DNA from: Armatimonadota bacterium
GTDB taxonomy: Bacteria > Armatimonadota > UBA10988
DNA: 52,382 bases
Assembly (NCBI GenBank): GCA_016235455.1
Contig: JACRKZ010000181.1
Location: 1-52,382 of the forward strand
Direction: 5' to 3'
Positions 35,761 to 45,987 of the stretch are shown one piece after another (the stretch's first letter is position 1; each line of letters begins with the position of its first letter). The notes below the pieces were generated by a model that was given only the letters and a program-made list of their open reading frames with translations, had not been told where the DNA came from and did not search any database. The position numbers and the translations under genes were made by a program.

Positions 35761-38697
35761 TTGGTCGCACTCCTGCTGATGATGGCGCTGACGGCACCCG
35801 ACAGCGGTCTGGCGCTCGGCGCCGACGGCCCGGTCTACGAGGTCACCGACCCCGCGCTGGCCCTGACCGATGAGGTCACCCTGGAGGCCTGGGTACAAGG
35901 CGGCGGCGGCCGTATCCTCGACAAGATCACCCCGGGCGGACAGGATGGCTTCCTGCTCGACGCCTGGCCGGCGGGCACGCCGCGCCTGATCACCGCCGCC
36001 GGCCAATTGCGCTGCGATGCGCCGCTGGCCACCGACCGCTGGTCCCATGTGGTCGGTGTCTACAGCGCCAGCCGCCAGATTGCCCGGCTCTTTCTGGACG
36101 GGCGCGAGGTGGCTAACCGCACCGAGGGCCCGTGGCCGGCGCTGGCGCCCAACGACCTGCCGCTTCGCATCGGCGTCGACCAGACCGGTGGCAGTCGCTT
36201 CGCGGGGCGCATCCGCCAGGCGGCGGTCTACCGGCGCGCGCTGAGCGCCGAGGAGGTCGCGCGTCGCACGGCCGACCCCGCCGCGCAACTGGACGGCGTG
36301 CTCGGCGACTGGTCGTTCGTCGAGCCGGCCCCCGCCAAGCTGCGGCCGGCCGCGGGCGCCCTGGTGCTCACCGGGCCGACGGTCTTCGCGGGTACGGCGC
36401 CCGCGCCCGCGGAGCCGCTCAGCCTGTGGTACCGCCAGCCGGGCCGGCGCTGGACCGAGGCGCTGTTGCTGGGCAACGGCCGGCTCGGCGCTATGGTGGC
36501 CGGCGGCGTGCCGCGCGAGACCGTCTGGCTCAACGACGACACGCTGTGGTCGGGCGGCCCAGGTCATTGGCAGAACCCCGAGGCATTGGCCGCTCTGCCC
36601 GAGATCCGCCGGCTGGTCTTCGCGGGCAAGATGGCCGAGGCCCACGCACTCACCCGGCAGAAGATGCACGGCACGTACAACCAGTGCTACGAGCCCGCGG
36701 GCGAGCTGTGGCTCGAACTCCCCGAAGGCGGCGAGGTCACCGACTACCGCCGCGACCTCGACCTGCGGCGCGGCGTGGCCACCGTCAGCTACCAGCGCGA
36801 CGGCGCGCGCTACACCCGCGAGGCCTTCTCCTCCGCGGCCGACCAGTGCCTGGTGCTGCGCCTGACCTGTGACAAGGCCCGGTCGCTGAGCCTGCGCGCC
36901 GGCCTGCACACGCCGTTGCGGGGCACGCTCGCCGTCGAGGATGGCGACCTGGTCCTGCACGGCCGCGCGCCAGCCCATGCCGATCCCAGCTACGCCGGCT
37001 CGCGCGTGACCTATGCCGACGACCGCGGCATGCGCTACACCGTGCGCCTGCGGCCGCTCACCCGCGGCACGGTGCAGGCGACCGCCGATGGCCTGACCAT
37101 CGACGGCGCCGACGAGGTGCTGCTGCTGCTCAGTGTCCGCACCAGCTTCAACGGACCCGACCAGGACCCGCTCCGAGCCGGGCGCGACGACGCGGCACTG
37201 GCCAAGGCCGATCTCGCCGCCGCGGCTACCAGGCCGTTCGCCGAGCTGTTGGCCCGCCACACCGCCGACCACGGCGCGCTGATGGACCGCGTCCGGCTGG
37301 ACCTCGGCACGGCGCCCGCCATGCCCACCGACGAGCGGCTCAAGGCCTATCGACCCGGCGCCGACCCGGCGTTGGCCGCGCTGTACTACCAGTTCGGCCG
37401 CTACCTGCTCGTCTCGGGCTCGCGGCCCGGCTCGCAGCCGCTCAACCTGCAGGGCATCTGGAACGTCGACCTCAACCCCGCCTGGAGCGCCAACTGGACG
37501 CTCAACTGCAACGCGCAGATCAACTACTGGGGTTGCGAACAGGCCAACCTGGGCGACCTGTCCGAGCCCATCCGCCGCATGACCGCCGAGTTGATGCCCG
37601 ATGGCGCCAAGACGGCCCGCGAGATGTTCGGCGCCGACGGCTGGGTGGCCTTCCACAACACCGACTTGTGGCGTGGCGCCGCGCCGGTCGACGGCGACCC
37701 GCTGTGGTTCATCTTCCAGGTGGGTGGCGCCTGGCTCTGCCAGCATGTCTGGGAGCACTACGCCTTCACACGCGACGACGCCTATCTGCGGCAGGCCTGG
37801 CCGGTGCTCAGCGGCGCCGCGCGCTACTACCTGGACACGCTGGTGCCCGAGCCCAAGCACGGCTGGCTGGTGGATGTGCCGGCCACCAACTTCGAGAACA
37901 CCTACCGCACGCCGGACGGGCAGACAGCCTCGGTGTGCGCCGCTCCGACCGCCGATGTGGAGATGATCGGCGAGCTGTTCGACAACGTGGTCGCCGCCAG
38001 CCGCATCCTCGGCGTTGAGCCGGAGCTGGCCCAGAGGGTGGGCGCCGCGCGGGCCAAGCTGCCGCCGCTGCAGGTCAGCCCACGCACCGGCCAGCTCCAG
38101 GAGTGGATGGACGACTGGGACCACGCCGACGCACGCAACGGGCAGATGCTCAGCCTGTGGGGCCTGATCTGTGGCACGAGCATCGACCGCCGACGCACGC
38201 CGGAGTTGGCGGCGGCGACTCGCCGGGCCATGATCGACCGGCGCATCTGGGAACCCTACGGCGGCACGGCCAGCAGTTGGACCGGCAGCTTCGCCTCCAA
38301 CGGCTTCGCGCGGCTGGGCGACCGCGACAACGCCGCCATGGTGCTCGACAACCACCTGGCCCGCTCGGTCAATCCGAACCTGACGGCGCACTTTGCCGGC
38401 GCCGGCTCAGCCTTCCAGATCGACGGCAACATGGGCCAGATGGCCGCCATCGGCCTCATGCTGCTGCAGTCGTCCGCCGACGAGATCGAGCTGCTGCCGG
38501 CACCGCCCAAGGCCTGGGCCAACGGCTCGGTCACGGGCCTGCGCGCGCGCGGCGGGTTCTCAGTCGACCTGACCTGGCGCGACGGCGCCCTGACCGCCGC
38601 CGCCGTGCGCTCGGCCACGGGCGGCAAGACGCGCCTACGCTACGGCGACCAGGTGCGCGAGATCGCGTTGACGCCAGGCCAGGCCTGGCACTGGTAG
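35761..38697 (+). CDS. GH95-family glycoside hydrolase (alpha-L-fucosidase-like) with N-terminal LamG domain
   Basis: AGGAG RBS before TTG35761; LamG 'TLEAWV...WSHVVGVY...LFLDG'; 'EALLLGNGRLGAM', 'YQFGRYLL..SRPG', 'NLQGIWN', 'FQIDGN', 'GLRARGG'. Confidence 0.9.
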   Translation: MVALLLMMALTAPDSGLALGADGPVYEVTDPALALTDEVTLEAWVQGGGGRILDKITPGGQDGFLLDAWPAGTPRLITAAGQLRCDAPLATDRWSHVVGVYSASRQIARLFLDGREVANRTEGPWPALAPNDLPLRIGVDQTGGSRFAGRIRQAAVYRRALSAEEVARRTADPAAQLDGVLGDWSFVEPAPAKLRPAAGALVLTGPTVFAGTAPAPAEPLSLWYRQPGRRWTEALLLGNGRLGAMVAGGVPRETVWLNDDTLWSGGPGHWQNPEALAALPEIRRLVFAGKMAEAHALTRQKMHGTYNQCYEPAGELWLELPEGGEVTDYRRDLDLRRGVATVSYQRDGARYTREAFSSAADQCLVLRLTCDKARSLSLRAGLHTPLRGTLAVEDGDLVLHGRAPAHADPSYAGSRVTYADDRGMRYTVRLRPLTRGTVQATADGLTIDGADEVLLLLSVRTSFNGPDQDPLRAGRDDAALAKADLAAAATRPFAELLARHTADHGALMDRVRLDLGTAPAMPTDERLKAYRPGADPALAALYYQFGRYLLVSGSRPGSQPLNLQGIWNVDLNPAWSANWTLNCNAQINYWGCEQANLGDLSEPIRRMTAELMPDGAKTAREMFGADGWVAFHNTDLWRGAAPVDGDPLWFIFQVGGAWLCQHVWEHYAFTRDDAYLRQAWPVLSGAARYYLDTLVPEPKHGWLVDVPATNFENTYRTPDGQTASVCAAPTADVEMIGELFDNVVAASRILGVEPELAQRVGAARAKLPPLQVSPRTGQLQEWMDDWDHADARNGQMLSLWGLICGTSIDRRRTPELAAATRRAMIDRRIWEPYGGTASSWTGSFASNGFARLGDRDNAAMVLDNHLARSVNPNLTAHFAGAGSAFQIDGNMGQMAAIGLMLLQSSADEIELLPAPPKAWANGSVTGLRARGGFSVDLTWRDGALTAAAVRSATGGKTRLRYGDQVREIALTPGQAWHW

Positions 38698-38707
38698 GAG
38701 GTGTGCG

Positions 38708-39772
38708 ATGAAGCTGGCTCTGACCTCGCCGCACCATGGCGACCTGCTCTCGGCGGCGGACGGACGTATGGTGGGCGACCGGCTCTACCTCACGGCGCGC
38801 GGCACGGCGCCACACCAGGGCCTGGTCACGGTGAACGGGCTGCCCGTCAACGCCGACGGCGGCGCGTTCGCCGTGGAAGTGCCCATCGACGAGCCGACCA
38901 CCCGCGTCGTGGCCACGTGTGGCGACGAACGCGCCTCGATCACGGTGCATCGGCCGCTGACCGGAGACCCGGTCTATCGCTTCTCCACCGACGACAACAT
39001 CGACTGGCTGCGCGACCTGGCCGCCGATGCCGGCGCCTATGGCAGCCTGTTCGACCATCCGTACCTGGGCTTCTGGCACGACCTGCACACGCGCTACGGC
39101 CTGCGCGTCCAGCACAACATCTACTGGCACGACCAGGCCGGCTTCGACCTGAGCCACATGCCCGAACGCTGGCGTGGCGAGTTCGCCGACCACGCCGACT
39201 GGCTGCGGTTGACCTTCCACGCCGATGCCGACGAGCCAGCCTGCCCCTATGCCACCGCGGGCTACGATGAGGTCGGCGCCGACTTCGACCGCGTCACCAA
39301 CGAGATCATGCGCTTCGCCGGCGAGCACAGCCTGAGCACCTTCACCACACTGCACTGGGGCACGGCCACGGCCGAAGGCTGCCGCGCCCTGGCCGACCGC
39401 GGCATGAAGGGCCTGGCCGGCTACTTCCACCTGCATGGCGACCAACCGGCGGTGGCCTATCACCTGGACGCGGCGACCACCGCCAATCTGGCCGCGCGCG
39501 ACGCGTGGCACGATGCGGAACTGGGTCTGTGGTTCGTCAAGCACGACCTGGTGGCCAACTGCTGGCTTCCGGCCCAGGTGCGCGGGCAGCTCGACGCGGT
39601 CTGGGCCAACCCGCACCGCCGACAGCTCATGGAGGTGATGATCCACGAGCAGTACTTCCGGCCGGAGAAGCGCTACTACCAGCCGGACGTGAAGCAGCGC
39701 GTGATCGAGACAGTGGCCTGGCTCGATGAGCACGGGTACCGGTCGGTGCTGTGGGAGGAGGTGTTGGTGTAG
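38708..39772 (+). CDS. Hypothetical protein, Ig-like N-terminus plus deacetylase-like (NodB/CE4 fold) domain
   Basis: AGGAGG RBS; good codon bias; 'FSTDDN', 'TFHA', 'HW', 'IHEQY' resemble metal-dependent hydrolase motifs (inference). Confidence 0.65.
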   Translation: MKLALTSPHHGDLLSAADGRMVGDRLYLTARGTAPHQGLVTVNGLPVNADGGAFAVEVPIDEPTTRVVATCGDERASITVHRPLTGDPVYRFSTDDNIDWLRDLAADAGAYGSLFDHPYLGFWHDLHTRYGLRVQHNIYWHDQAGFDLSHMPERWRGEFADHADWLRLTFHADADEPACPYATAGYDEVGADFDRVTNEIMRFAGEHSLSTFTTLHWGTATAEGCRALADRGMKGLAGYFHLHGDQPAVAYHLDAATTANLAARDAWHDAELGLWFVKHDLVANCWLPAQVRGQLDAVWANPHRRQLMEVMIHEQYFRPEKRYYQPDVKQRVIETVAWLDEHGYRSVLWEEVLV

Positions 39773-39773
39773 G

Positions 39774-40772
39774 CTACCCGGCCCGCGCCAGCCTCACCTC
39801 GACCCCGTCCGGCCGCGCCTCATACCGCGCCGCGCCGTCCTTGACCTCCACCTCGCGCGTGGTCCCGCCTTGAGTCACGGTCACCCTGGTCCAGCCCGCG
39901 GGCACCTGGGTCACCAGCGTCACCGGCAGGTCGTAGAGCGCCGCGTCCGCGGTGTGTGTCAGGGCCAGGCGGATGGTCTGCTCGGTGGCCTCCAGCACCT
40001 TGACCGTGGCCTTGTCGCGCTCGGTCTCGTACTGGTGGGCGGAGATGTGGTCGGTGACCCACAGGTCGCCACGGTCGGCGCGCTCTTTGATGCCATCGAG
40101 CAGGGGCAGGAAGACCGCCTGCTTCAGCGCCCAGAAGTCCTGGTACTTCCAGTCAGGGACGATGCGCTCCACGCCGTGGATGACCAGGTACTCCAGGCCG
40201 CGGGTGGCGATGGCCTTGTCGGCCAGGGCGAGCATCTGCTCGGTGGTCTGCCAGTGATAGACCGCGCCATGGCCGTCAAAAGTCGGGCGGCTGATCAGAT
40301 GGTGCTCGGCCAGCAGCGTGTCGAGCTGGGCGGCGGTGATGTTCCAGTCATTGGGTCCCACGCCGGGCTGGCCATAGGAGAGCAGTCGGCCCGGCTTGCC
40401 CGGCACCGTGTCGCGGATCCACTTGGCGCAGTCGCCGATCTCGCGCTCTGCCGACTCCATGTCCCGGACGCCCCGGTGGGTCATGGTGTGGTCGCCGTAG
40501 ACCATGCCCTGCTTCCACAGATCCTCGGCCCAGGTCCTTTTGAACTTGTCGAATTCGCCCTTGGCCGGGTTGATGTAGAACGTGGCGATCAGCCCCCGCT
40601 TGACCAGCTCGGGCACGGCCACCTGCCAATGGCTGGGCCAGCCGTCGTCGAACATCAGCATGAAAGCAGCGGTCTTGTCGCCCTGCCAGCGGGCGATGCG
40701 GGTCTCGCCCGGCGCGGCGACAGCGGCGCTGAGCGTCATGGCAAGCAGGAGCAGATGCGGCAGGTGTGTCAT
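39774..40772 (-). CDS. Secreted polysaccharide deacetylase family protein
   Basis: Signal peptide; 'WQGDKTAAFMLMFDDG', 'ATFYI', 'DHTMTH', 'IHGV', 'DLWV'. Confidence 0.85.
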   Translation of the reverse strand: MTHLPHLLLLAMTLSAAVAAPGETRIARWQGDKTAAFMLMFDDGWPSHWQVAVPELVKRGLIATFYINPAKGEFDKFKRTWAEDLWKQGMVYGDHTMTHRGVRDMESAEREIGDCAKWIRDTVPGKPGRLLSYGQPGVGPNDWNITAAQLDTLLAEHHLISRPTFDGHGAVYHWQTTEQMLALADKAIATRGLEYLVIHGVERIVPDWKYQDFWALKQAVFLPLLDGIKERADRGDLWVTDHISAHQYETERDKATVKVLEATEQTIRLALTHTADAALYDLPVTLVTQVPAGWTRVTVTQGGTTREVEVKDGAARYEARPDGVEVRLARAG

Positions 40773-40841
40773 GGCGCGGTCTTCGCCGGCGGTCGGCAGG
40801 GACCTGCCAGCCGCCGGCGTAATGGCGGTCAGAGTATCGCC

Positions 40842-43800
40842 ATGCGCTATTGCCTGCATACGCTGTTCGTGATCGCCGCCGCACTGCCGAGCCTGGCCGC
40901 CACCTACCCGCTCGACTTCGAGTCGGCGGCCGACGCGGTGGTGTGGCGCGCGTCGGGCGGCACACTGGCCCTCAGCGACGCGCGCGCGCGCCACGGTCGG
41001 CAGAGCCTGCATTTCGCCTGGACTCAGCCCGGCGCCAGCCTGACCTTCGCCGACGCCGAGGCCTTGGCCGCGCTGGCCGTGCTGGGCGAGAAGGACTTCG
41101 CCGGCACTTCGTTCGCCCTCTGGCTGCGTTGGCCGCGGGTCACGCGCGAGGTGCTGCGGGCGGAGTTGCTGGCCGGCGGGCAGGTGGTTGGCCGCGGCTG
41201 GTGGGGCCTGGGCTATGCGGGCTGGCGGCCGCTCGGCGCGCCGTTGGCCGCCTTCGGCTTGACGCGTGGCACGAAGGTCGACGCCGTGCGCCTGACGCCG
41301 CCGGGCGCGGCCGGCGAGCTGTGGATCGACTGGGTGCAGCCGAACCTGCGCGCGCTGCCCGGCCGCAACCCGCAGCATCCGTGGATGGTCAATGGCAACC
41401 TCAAGCTCGATGCGCCGCTGGCCCGACCGGACGACTGGGACACGGTGCGCCTGAGCCGCGATGACCTGGCCGACGGTCGGCCCTGGTTGCCGCGACGTAC
41501 AGCCGCGCCGGCCGACGACCTGGCCCGGCTCACGCAACGGCTGGCCACGGGGCCTGTCGTGCCCGCGCGCGGCCGCGGGCTGGCGCCCGGTGTGCTCGAC
41601 GGGCTCACCGAGGCCGTGCGCAAGACCTGGGGCATCGCCGCCGATGGCAGCCTGCGCGGCGCCGGCACCAGCGCCAGCGACTTCCACAACCCGCCAGGCG
41701 GGCTGTCCACTGCCGACTACTGCCCGCTGCTGGGCCGCTTCCGCGACGCCGCGGCCAAGGCCTCGGCCACCGAGTGGCCGCTGGTCCAGGCGCTGCTGAC
41801 CGATCTGGTGGCCTACACCGTGGACCAGGGCATGGCCTTCGGCAGCGCCTTCGCCGAACCGTTCGGGCCGTATGGCCTGCGCAACCACCTGGCCAGCTTC
41901 CGCGAACTGCGCGCCTGCCTCGACGACCCGGCGCTGCGCCGTGAGTTCGTGCTGCAGGGCGTGCAACTGCTGATGCCGGGCGCGGACGACCCCAGCCGTG
42001 GTCTGCTCGGTCCGGTGCCCTATGGCGATACCGATTGGCTGCACGGCTACCACAACTACCTGCCGCAGATGATCGCCTGCCTGGACGACCCCGCCGACCG
42101 TTGGCAGTTCTGGGGCGCGTACCTGTGGTGCATGGACTACATCACGCTGTCGCCCGACCTGACCGAGCCCGACGGCGGCATGTACCACCATGGCATGGTG
42201 CACTATGGCTACAGCGGCTACTCGTTCCCCGGCCTGGTCAACGCACTGTCGCCGTTCCGCGACACCAGTCTGCGGCCCCGGCCGGCCACGCTGCTGCGGC
42301 TCAAGGAGACGGCGCGCTGGATGGCCTGGACCAGCCAGATGGGCACCGTGCCCAACACCTTCTACGCCCGGCCCGGCAGCAATGTCGGCGCCGCGGGTGC
42401 CGACGTCTACTGGACGCTGGCCCAGTTTGGCTCGGCCGATGGCAAGGAGGCCGTGGACCGTGAGCTCGCCGAGCTGTTCCTGGCCAAGACCGACGCCGCC
42501 AACCCGGTGGCCAAGCAGCTCCTGGCCCAAGGCTACCGGCCGGCCGCGCTGGACGGCCACCGCCCGCAGAACAGCCAGGGCGATACCGTGCATCGGCGCG
42601 GAACCTGGCTGGTCGGCCTCGGCGGCATGCACAACCAGCGCGCCCACGCCGAGTGCTACGGCTGGCTCGAGGATGGCACCAACTACGCCTGGTACACAGC
42701 GCTCGGCGGCCTGATGGTGCTGACGCGCGATGCCACGGGCCGCGTCGACACCGGCTTCGATGAGCGCGGTTGGGACTGGTGCCACTGGCCCGGCACCACC
42801 TCGGCGCGCCACGCCGAGCGCGAGATGTTCAGCCAATACACCTGGTACAGCAGCAACTCGCCGCTGGCCGGCGCGGTGGCGATCGATGGCGACGGCGTGT
42901 GGGCCATAGACGTCCGCTCCCAGGACGCCTCATGCCGCAAGTCGGCCTTCTGCTTCGGCGACCGGATCACCGTGGTCACCTCCGGCATCGCCGGCGGCGG
43001 CGACCGCGCGAAGATGACCACGCTCTACCAGCAGCGCCTGGGCGATGTCGGCGCGCCCGACCTGGCCGCAACGGTCATCGACGGCCGACGTGTCGCGGCG
43101 CTGGGCGAGGAGACACTCGACACGGACAAGCCGCACTGGCTGCTGGACGGTCGCGGCCACGGCTACGTTGTGGCGCCCGGCGGCGGCAAGCTGGTCGTGC
43201 GGCGCGGCGAGCAGTCGTGGTTGTACCCCTATGGCCGCTATCTGAAGGACGCCAAGCAGAATCCCAAGGTGACCAACAGCACGGCCGTCAAGTGGGCCGT
43301 GCCTGGCAGCACGCCCGAGCAGGTCCTGGCCACGCCGCGCGGCGAACGCTACCCGCGAGAGATCGAGGCCTACTACCGGCCGTCGACCGGCGTCTTTGCC
43401 AGCGCCTGGCTCGATCACGGCGCCAAGGCCGAGAGCGCCGACAACGCCTTCACGCTCGTCCCCCAAGCCACTCCCGAGCGGCTGGCCGAACTGGCGCGGG
43501 CCCTGCCCTATCGCCTGGTGCAGCGCACCAACGCCGCGCACGTCCTGCTCGACTTGGCCACGGGCACGTTTGGCTACGCGCTGTTTGAAGCCGGCGCCCT
43601 GGCGGGCGCCGGCCCGCTGCTGAGCGCCTCCCGGCCCTGCTTCGCGCTGAGCCGTCCAGCGGGCGGCGCCTTGCGGCTGGCCGTGGCCTCGTCCGACGGC
43701 CAGGCCAACGGCACCGACGGGGTGACCATGAACCCCGGCACCGGCGGCGGCTATCCGCTGCCCGGCACGCCGCTGGCGCTGACCATCGCCGGGGCATGGC

Positions 43801-43919
43801 AGGTCGATACCGTGAGCCGAGCCGGATGCGCGGTGACGGCCAAGGCCGTGGGCGGGAACACGGAGTTGACGCTCAAGCTGCCCTGGCGGCTGGGGCTGGA
43901 GGTGCGGCTAAAGCGCTGA
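40842..43919 (+). CDS. Chondroitinase ABC-like polysaccharide lyase (PL8)
   Basis: Signal peptide; Lyase_N-like 'HGRQSLHFAW...YAGWR'; catalytic-like 'DGGMYHH...GYS'; 'GWDWCHWPGTT'; 'RKSAFCFGDRITVV.SGI'; 'AWLDHG'. Confidence 0.85.
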   Translation: MRYCLHTLFVIAAALPSLAATYPLDFESAADAVVWRASGGTLALSDARARHGRQSLHFAWTQPGASLTFADAEALAALAVLGEKDFAGTSFALWLRWPRVTREVLRAELLAGGQVVGRGWWGLGYAGWRPLGAPLAAFGLTRGTKVDAVRLTPPGAAGELWIDWVQPNLRALPGRNPQHPWMVNGNLKLDAPLARPDDWDTVRLSRDDLADGRPWLPRRTAAPADDLARLTQRLATGPVVPARGRGLAPGVLDGLTEAVRKTWGIAADGSLRGAGTSASDFHNPPGGLSTADYCPLLGRFRDAAAKASATEWPLVQALLTDLVAYTVDQGMAFGSAFAEPFGPYGLRNHLASFRELRACLDDPALRREFVLQGVQLLMPGADDPSRGLLGPVPYGDTDWLHGYHNYLPQMIACLDDPADRWQFWGAYLWCMDYITLSPDLTEPDGGMYHHGMVHYGYSGYSFPGLVNALSPFRDTSLRPRPATLLRLKETARWMAWTSQMGTVPNTFYARPGSNVGAAGADVYWTLAQFGSADGKEAVDRELAELFLAKTDAANPVAKQLLAQGYRPAALDGHRPQNSQGDTVHRRGTWLVGLGGMHNQRAHAECYGWLEDGTNYAWYTALGGLMVLTRDATGRVDTGFDERGWDWCHWPGTTSARHAEREMFSQYTWYSSNSPLAGAVAIDGDGVWAIDVRSQDASCRKSAFCFGDRITVVTSGIAGGGDRAKMTTLYQQRLGDVGAPDLAATVIDGRRVAALGEETLDTDKPHWLLDGRGHGYVVAPGGGKLVVRRGEQSWLYPYGRYLKDAKQNPKVTNSTAVKWAVPGSTPEQVLATPRGERYPREIEAYYRPSTGVFASAWLDHGAKAESADNAFTLVPQATPERLAELARALPYRLVQRTNAAHVLLDLATGTFGYALFEAGALAGAGPLLSASRPCFALSRPAGGALRLAVASSDGQANGTDGVTMNPGTGGGYPLPGTPLALTIAGAWQVDTVSRAGCAVTAKAVGGNTELTLKLPWRLGLEVRLKR

Positions 43920-43952
43920 CGAGTGCCGCGGCCCGAGTGGTGTTTGTTGTAC

Positions 43953-43974
43953 CGGCTTCAGCCGGCTGAAGCCG
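43953..43974. repeat. Collapsed REP-like palindrome between convergent genes
   Basis: Perfect 22-bp palindrome CGGCTTCAGCCGGCTGAAGCCG, equivalent to two inverted CCGGCTTCAGCCGG units sharing the central CCGG. Confidence 0.6.
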
Positions 43975-43997
43975 ACACACCGAACGCGGCCTGACGC

Positions 43998-45875
43998 TCA
44001 GCGCACCAGCAGCCGCAACTCATGCCGCGCCAGCTTCACCGGCTGACCGAGATCAACGGCCGCCACTTCGCCGGTCCGCGGATCCCACGACTCGACCGGC
44101 CCCGCGAGGCCCTGCAGCCTGAACGCCACCGCGCCCGTCTCACCCTCGCCAAACAGCATCACGAACCGCCGGCCGCCCTTGGTCACCTGCCGCAGCCGCA
44201 CGCTCGGGCACGGCGGGTCGAGCGTCAGCCCGCGCGGGGCGAGCCGGTCCAGAGCCGCCATGTCGCCCGGCTCGACCAGCCGGCCGGCGGCGCGCAGCGC
44301 CTGCAGCGGCGCGTCGGCCTCGGGACCCAGCGGTGTGCCGTCCCAGATCACCGCGCGGTAGAGCTGTCCGGCCAGATGCAGACCGTCGGCCTCGAGTGTG
44401 GCGTCCTGCCACAGGTGCCGCGCCTCCAGGTAGTGGAAGTCGCGCTGCTGCTCATAGAGTGGCCTGGCCGGCTTGTCCGGCGCGTGGTGCGCGGTGGCCA
44501 GGATGGCGATGTCGCACACCGGCTGGGAGTCGGTGTTGACCCAGCAGAGCCGGCGGCAGGCGTCGGCATAGGGACGATAATGGTCCCACCAGGCGGCGTG
44601 GGGACCGACATCGGGCGGGCGCTCGTCGCGCCGCGGACCGCGCACCGAGTAGTAGAAGGCGTGGGGGAACAGCCAGCTCTGCCCGCGCACCAGGCACCAG
44701 TTGGCCAGCCAGACCAGCTCGTCTTCGGTCAACTCGTGCCCATAGGCGCCGTACAGCTCGTTGGAGTTGCGCCGCCGACCGAGGTGGACCATGGCGCTGG
44801 CGGCGACCTTGGCCATGGTCGAATGGCCACCCTCCAGCGCTGTCGGACCAGGCACCACATAGCGCCAGACCAGGTCCTGGCCGGGCACCTGGAAGTAGCG
44901 CAGTGGCCCGGAATCTTCCGACGACTCGGGATGGCCCATGAGCCACACGCCGTGCTGCTGGCACCAGTCGCTCAGCCGACGGTAGTATGTCTCCTCGAAC
45001 ACCTGGCCCAGCGCGCGATGGTAGGCTTCCTTGAACGGCACGTCGCGGTCGGCCGACCACAGCTCGGGCAGCCGGGGCCGGATGTCCTCGCCCAGGATCT
45101 CGCTGATGCGCGCGGTGACCGCGGCGCTGCCGGGCACCAGGCCACGCTTGGGGCCGCGTCCCATGATCGACGGCTCATCGGTGAAGATGCCCACGATGGT
45201 CCGGCCAAACCAGGGCCGGAAGCGGTCGTAGAAGCCCTGGTAGACCAGTTCGACGAAGCAGTCCACCGCCGCAGGGTTGAGCAGGTCGGCGGCCGGCGGC
45301 GCATCCTCGCGTTCGCCCTTCTGGCCCTCGTTGGTCCAGTGCAGCCCGCGAATGGTGCCGCCCGACGGCTGCTCGATGATGGCCACATCGCCCACGCGCG
45401 CCACCAGCCGGCAGCCGGGCGCCAATTGCGGCTCGGCGCCCGCGGCCAGGTCCACTCGCGCCAGCCCGCGCGCGGCGAACTCGGGGTTGCGCGCCACCAC
45501 CTGGCCGCACGACGAGCCGGACGGGTACATGCCCTCGTCGTACAGGATGACCGTCATGTGGCGGCGCTCCGCCTCCTCGATGGCCACCTGCATGGCATCG
45601 TAGAGCTTGGGCGAGCGCCAGCCGGTATCGCGCGGCAGGCCCAGGCGCGGATGGATGACGAAGCCGAACACGCCATGCGCGTCGAAATCGGCGATCTGCG
45701 CGCGGATCTGGTCAGCATCGAGCGCGTCGTTCCAGAACCAGAACGGCATCAGCGCGAACTCGCGCGGCGGATCGCGGAACTCCGCCAGCAGATCGGCCGG
45801 CGCCGGAGCGGCACAGGCCACCGAAAGCAGCGTGAGCAGACTCGACACGATGAGCGCACCTCGTGCCCTACCCAT
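43998..45875 (-). CDS. GH106-like (alpha-L-rhamnosidase family) secreted glycoside hydrolase
   Basis: 'FRDPP...MPFWFWND', 'HPRLGL', 'YDEGMYPSG', 'IFTDEP', 'LMGH', 'PGQD', 'HAFYYS'. Confidence 0.8.
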   Translation of the reverse strand: MGRARGALIVSSLLTLLSVACAAPAPADLLAEFRDPPREFALMPFWFWNDALDADQIRAQIADFDAHGVFGFVIHPRLGLPRDTGWRSPKLYDAMQVAIEEAERRHMTVILYDEGMYPSGSSCGQVVARNPEFAARGLARVDLAAGAEPQLAPGCRLVARVGDVAIIEQPSGGTIRGLHWTNEGQKGEREDAPPAADLLNPAAVDCFVELVYQGFYDRFRPWFGRTIVGIFTDEPSIMGRGPKRGLVPGSAAVTARISEILGEDIRPRLPELWSADRDVPFKEAYHRALGQVFEETYYRRLSDWCQQHGVWLMGHPESSEDSGPLRYFQVPGQDLVWRYVVPGPTALEGGHSTMAKVAASAMVHLGRRRNSNELYGAYGHELTEDELVWLANWCLVRGQSWLFPHAFYYSVRGPRRDERPPDVGPHAAWWDHYRPYADACRRLCWVNTDSQPVCDIAILATAHHAPDKPARPLYEQQRDFHYLEARHLWQDATLEADGLHLAGQLYRAVIWDGTPLGPEADAPLQALRAAGRLVEPGDMAALDRLAPRGLTLDPPCPSVRLRQVTKGGRRFVMLFGEGETGAVAFRLQGLAGPVESWDPRTGEVAAVDLGQPVKLARHELRLLVR

Positions 45876-45987
45876 TCGCCGGGCAGCACGGCAATCCTAT
45901 GGCCACCCGCAGATCGGCGCGCTACCCTCCTGAGTAACGCCGCACCGTGCCAGCCGTAACATTCAGCGGCGCTACAGGAGTTCTGAG

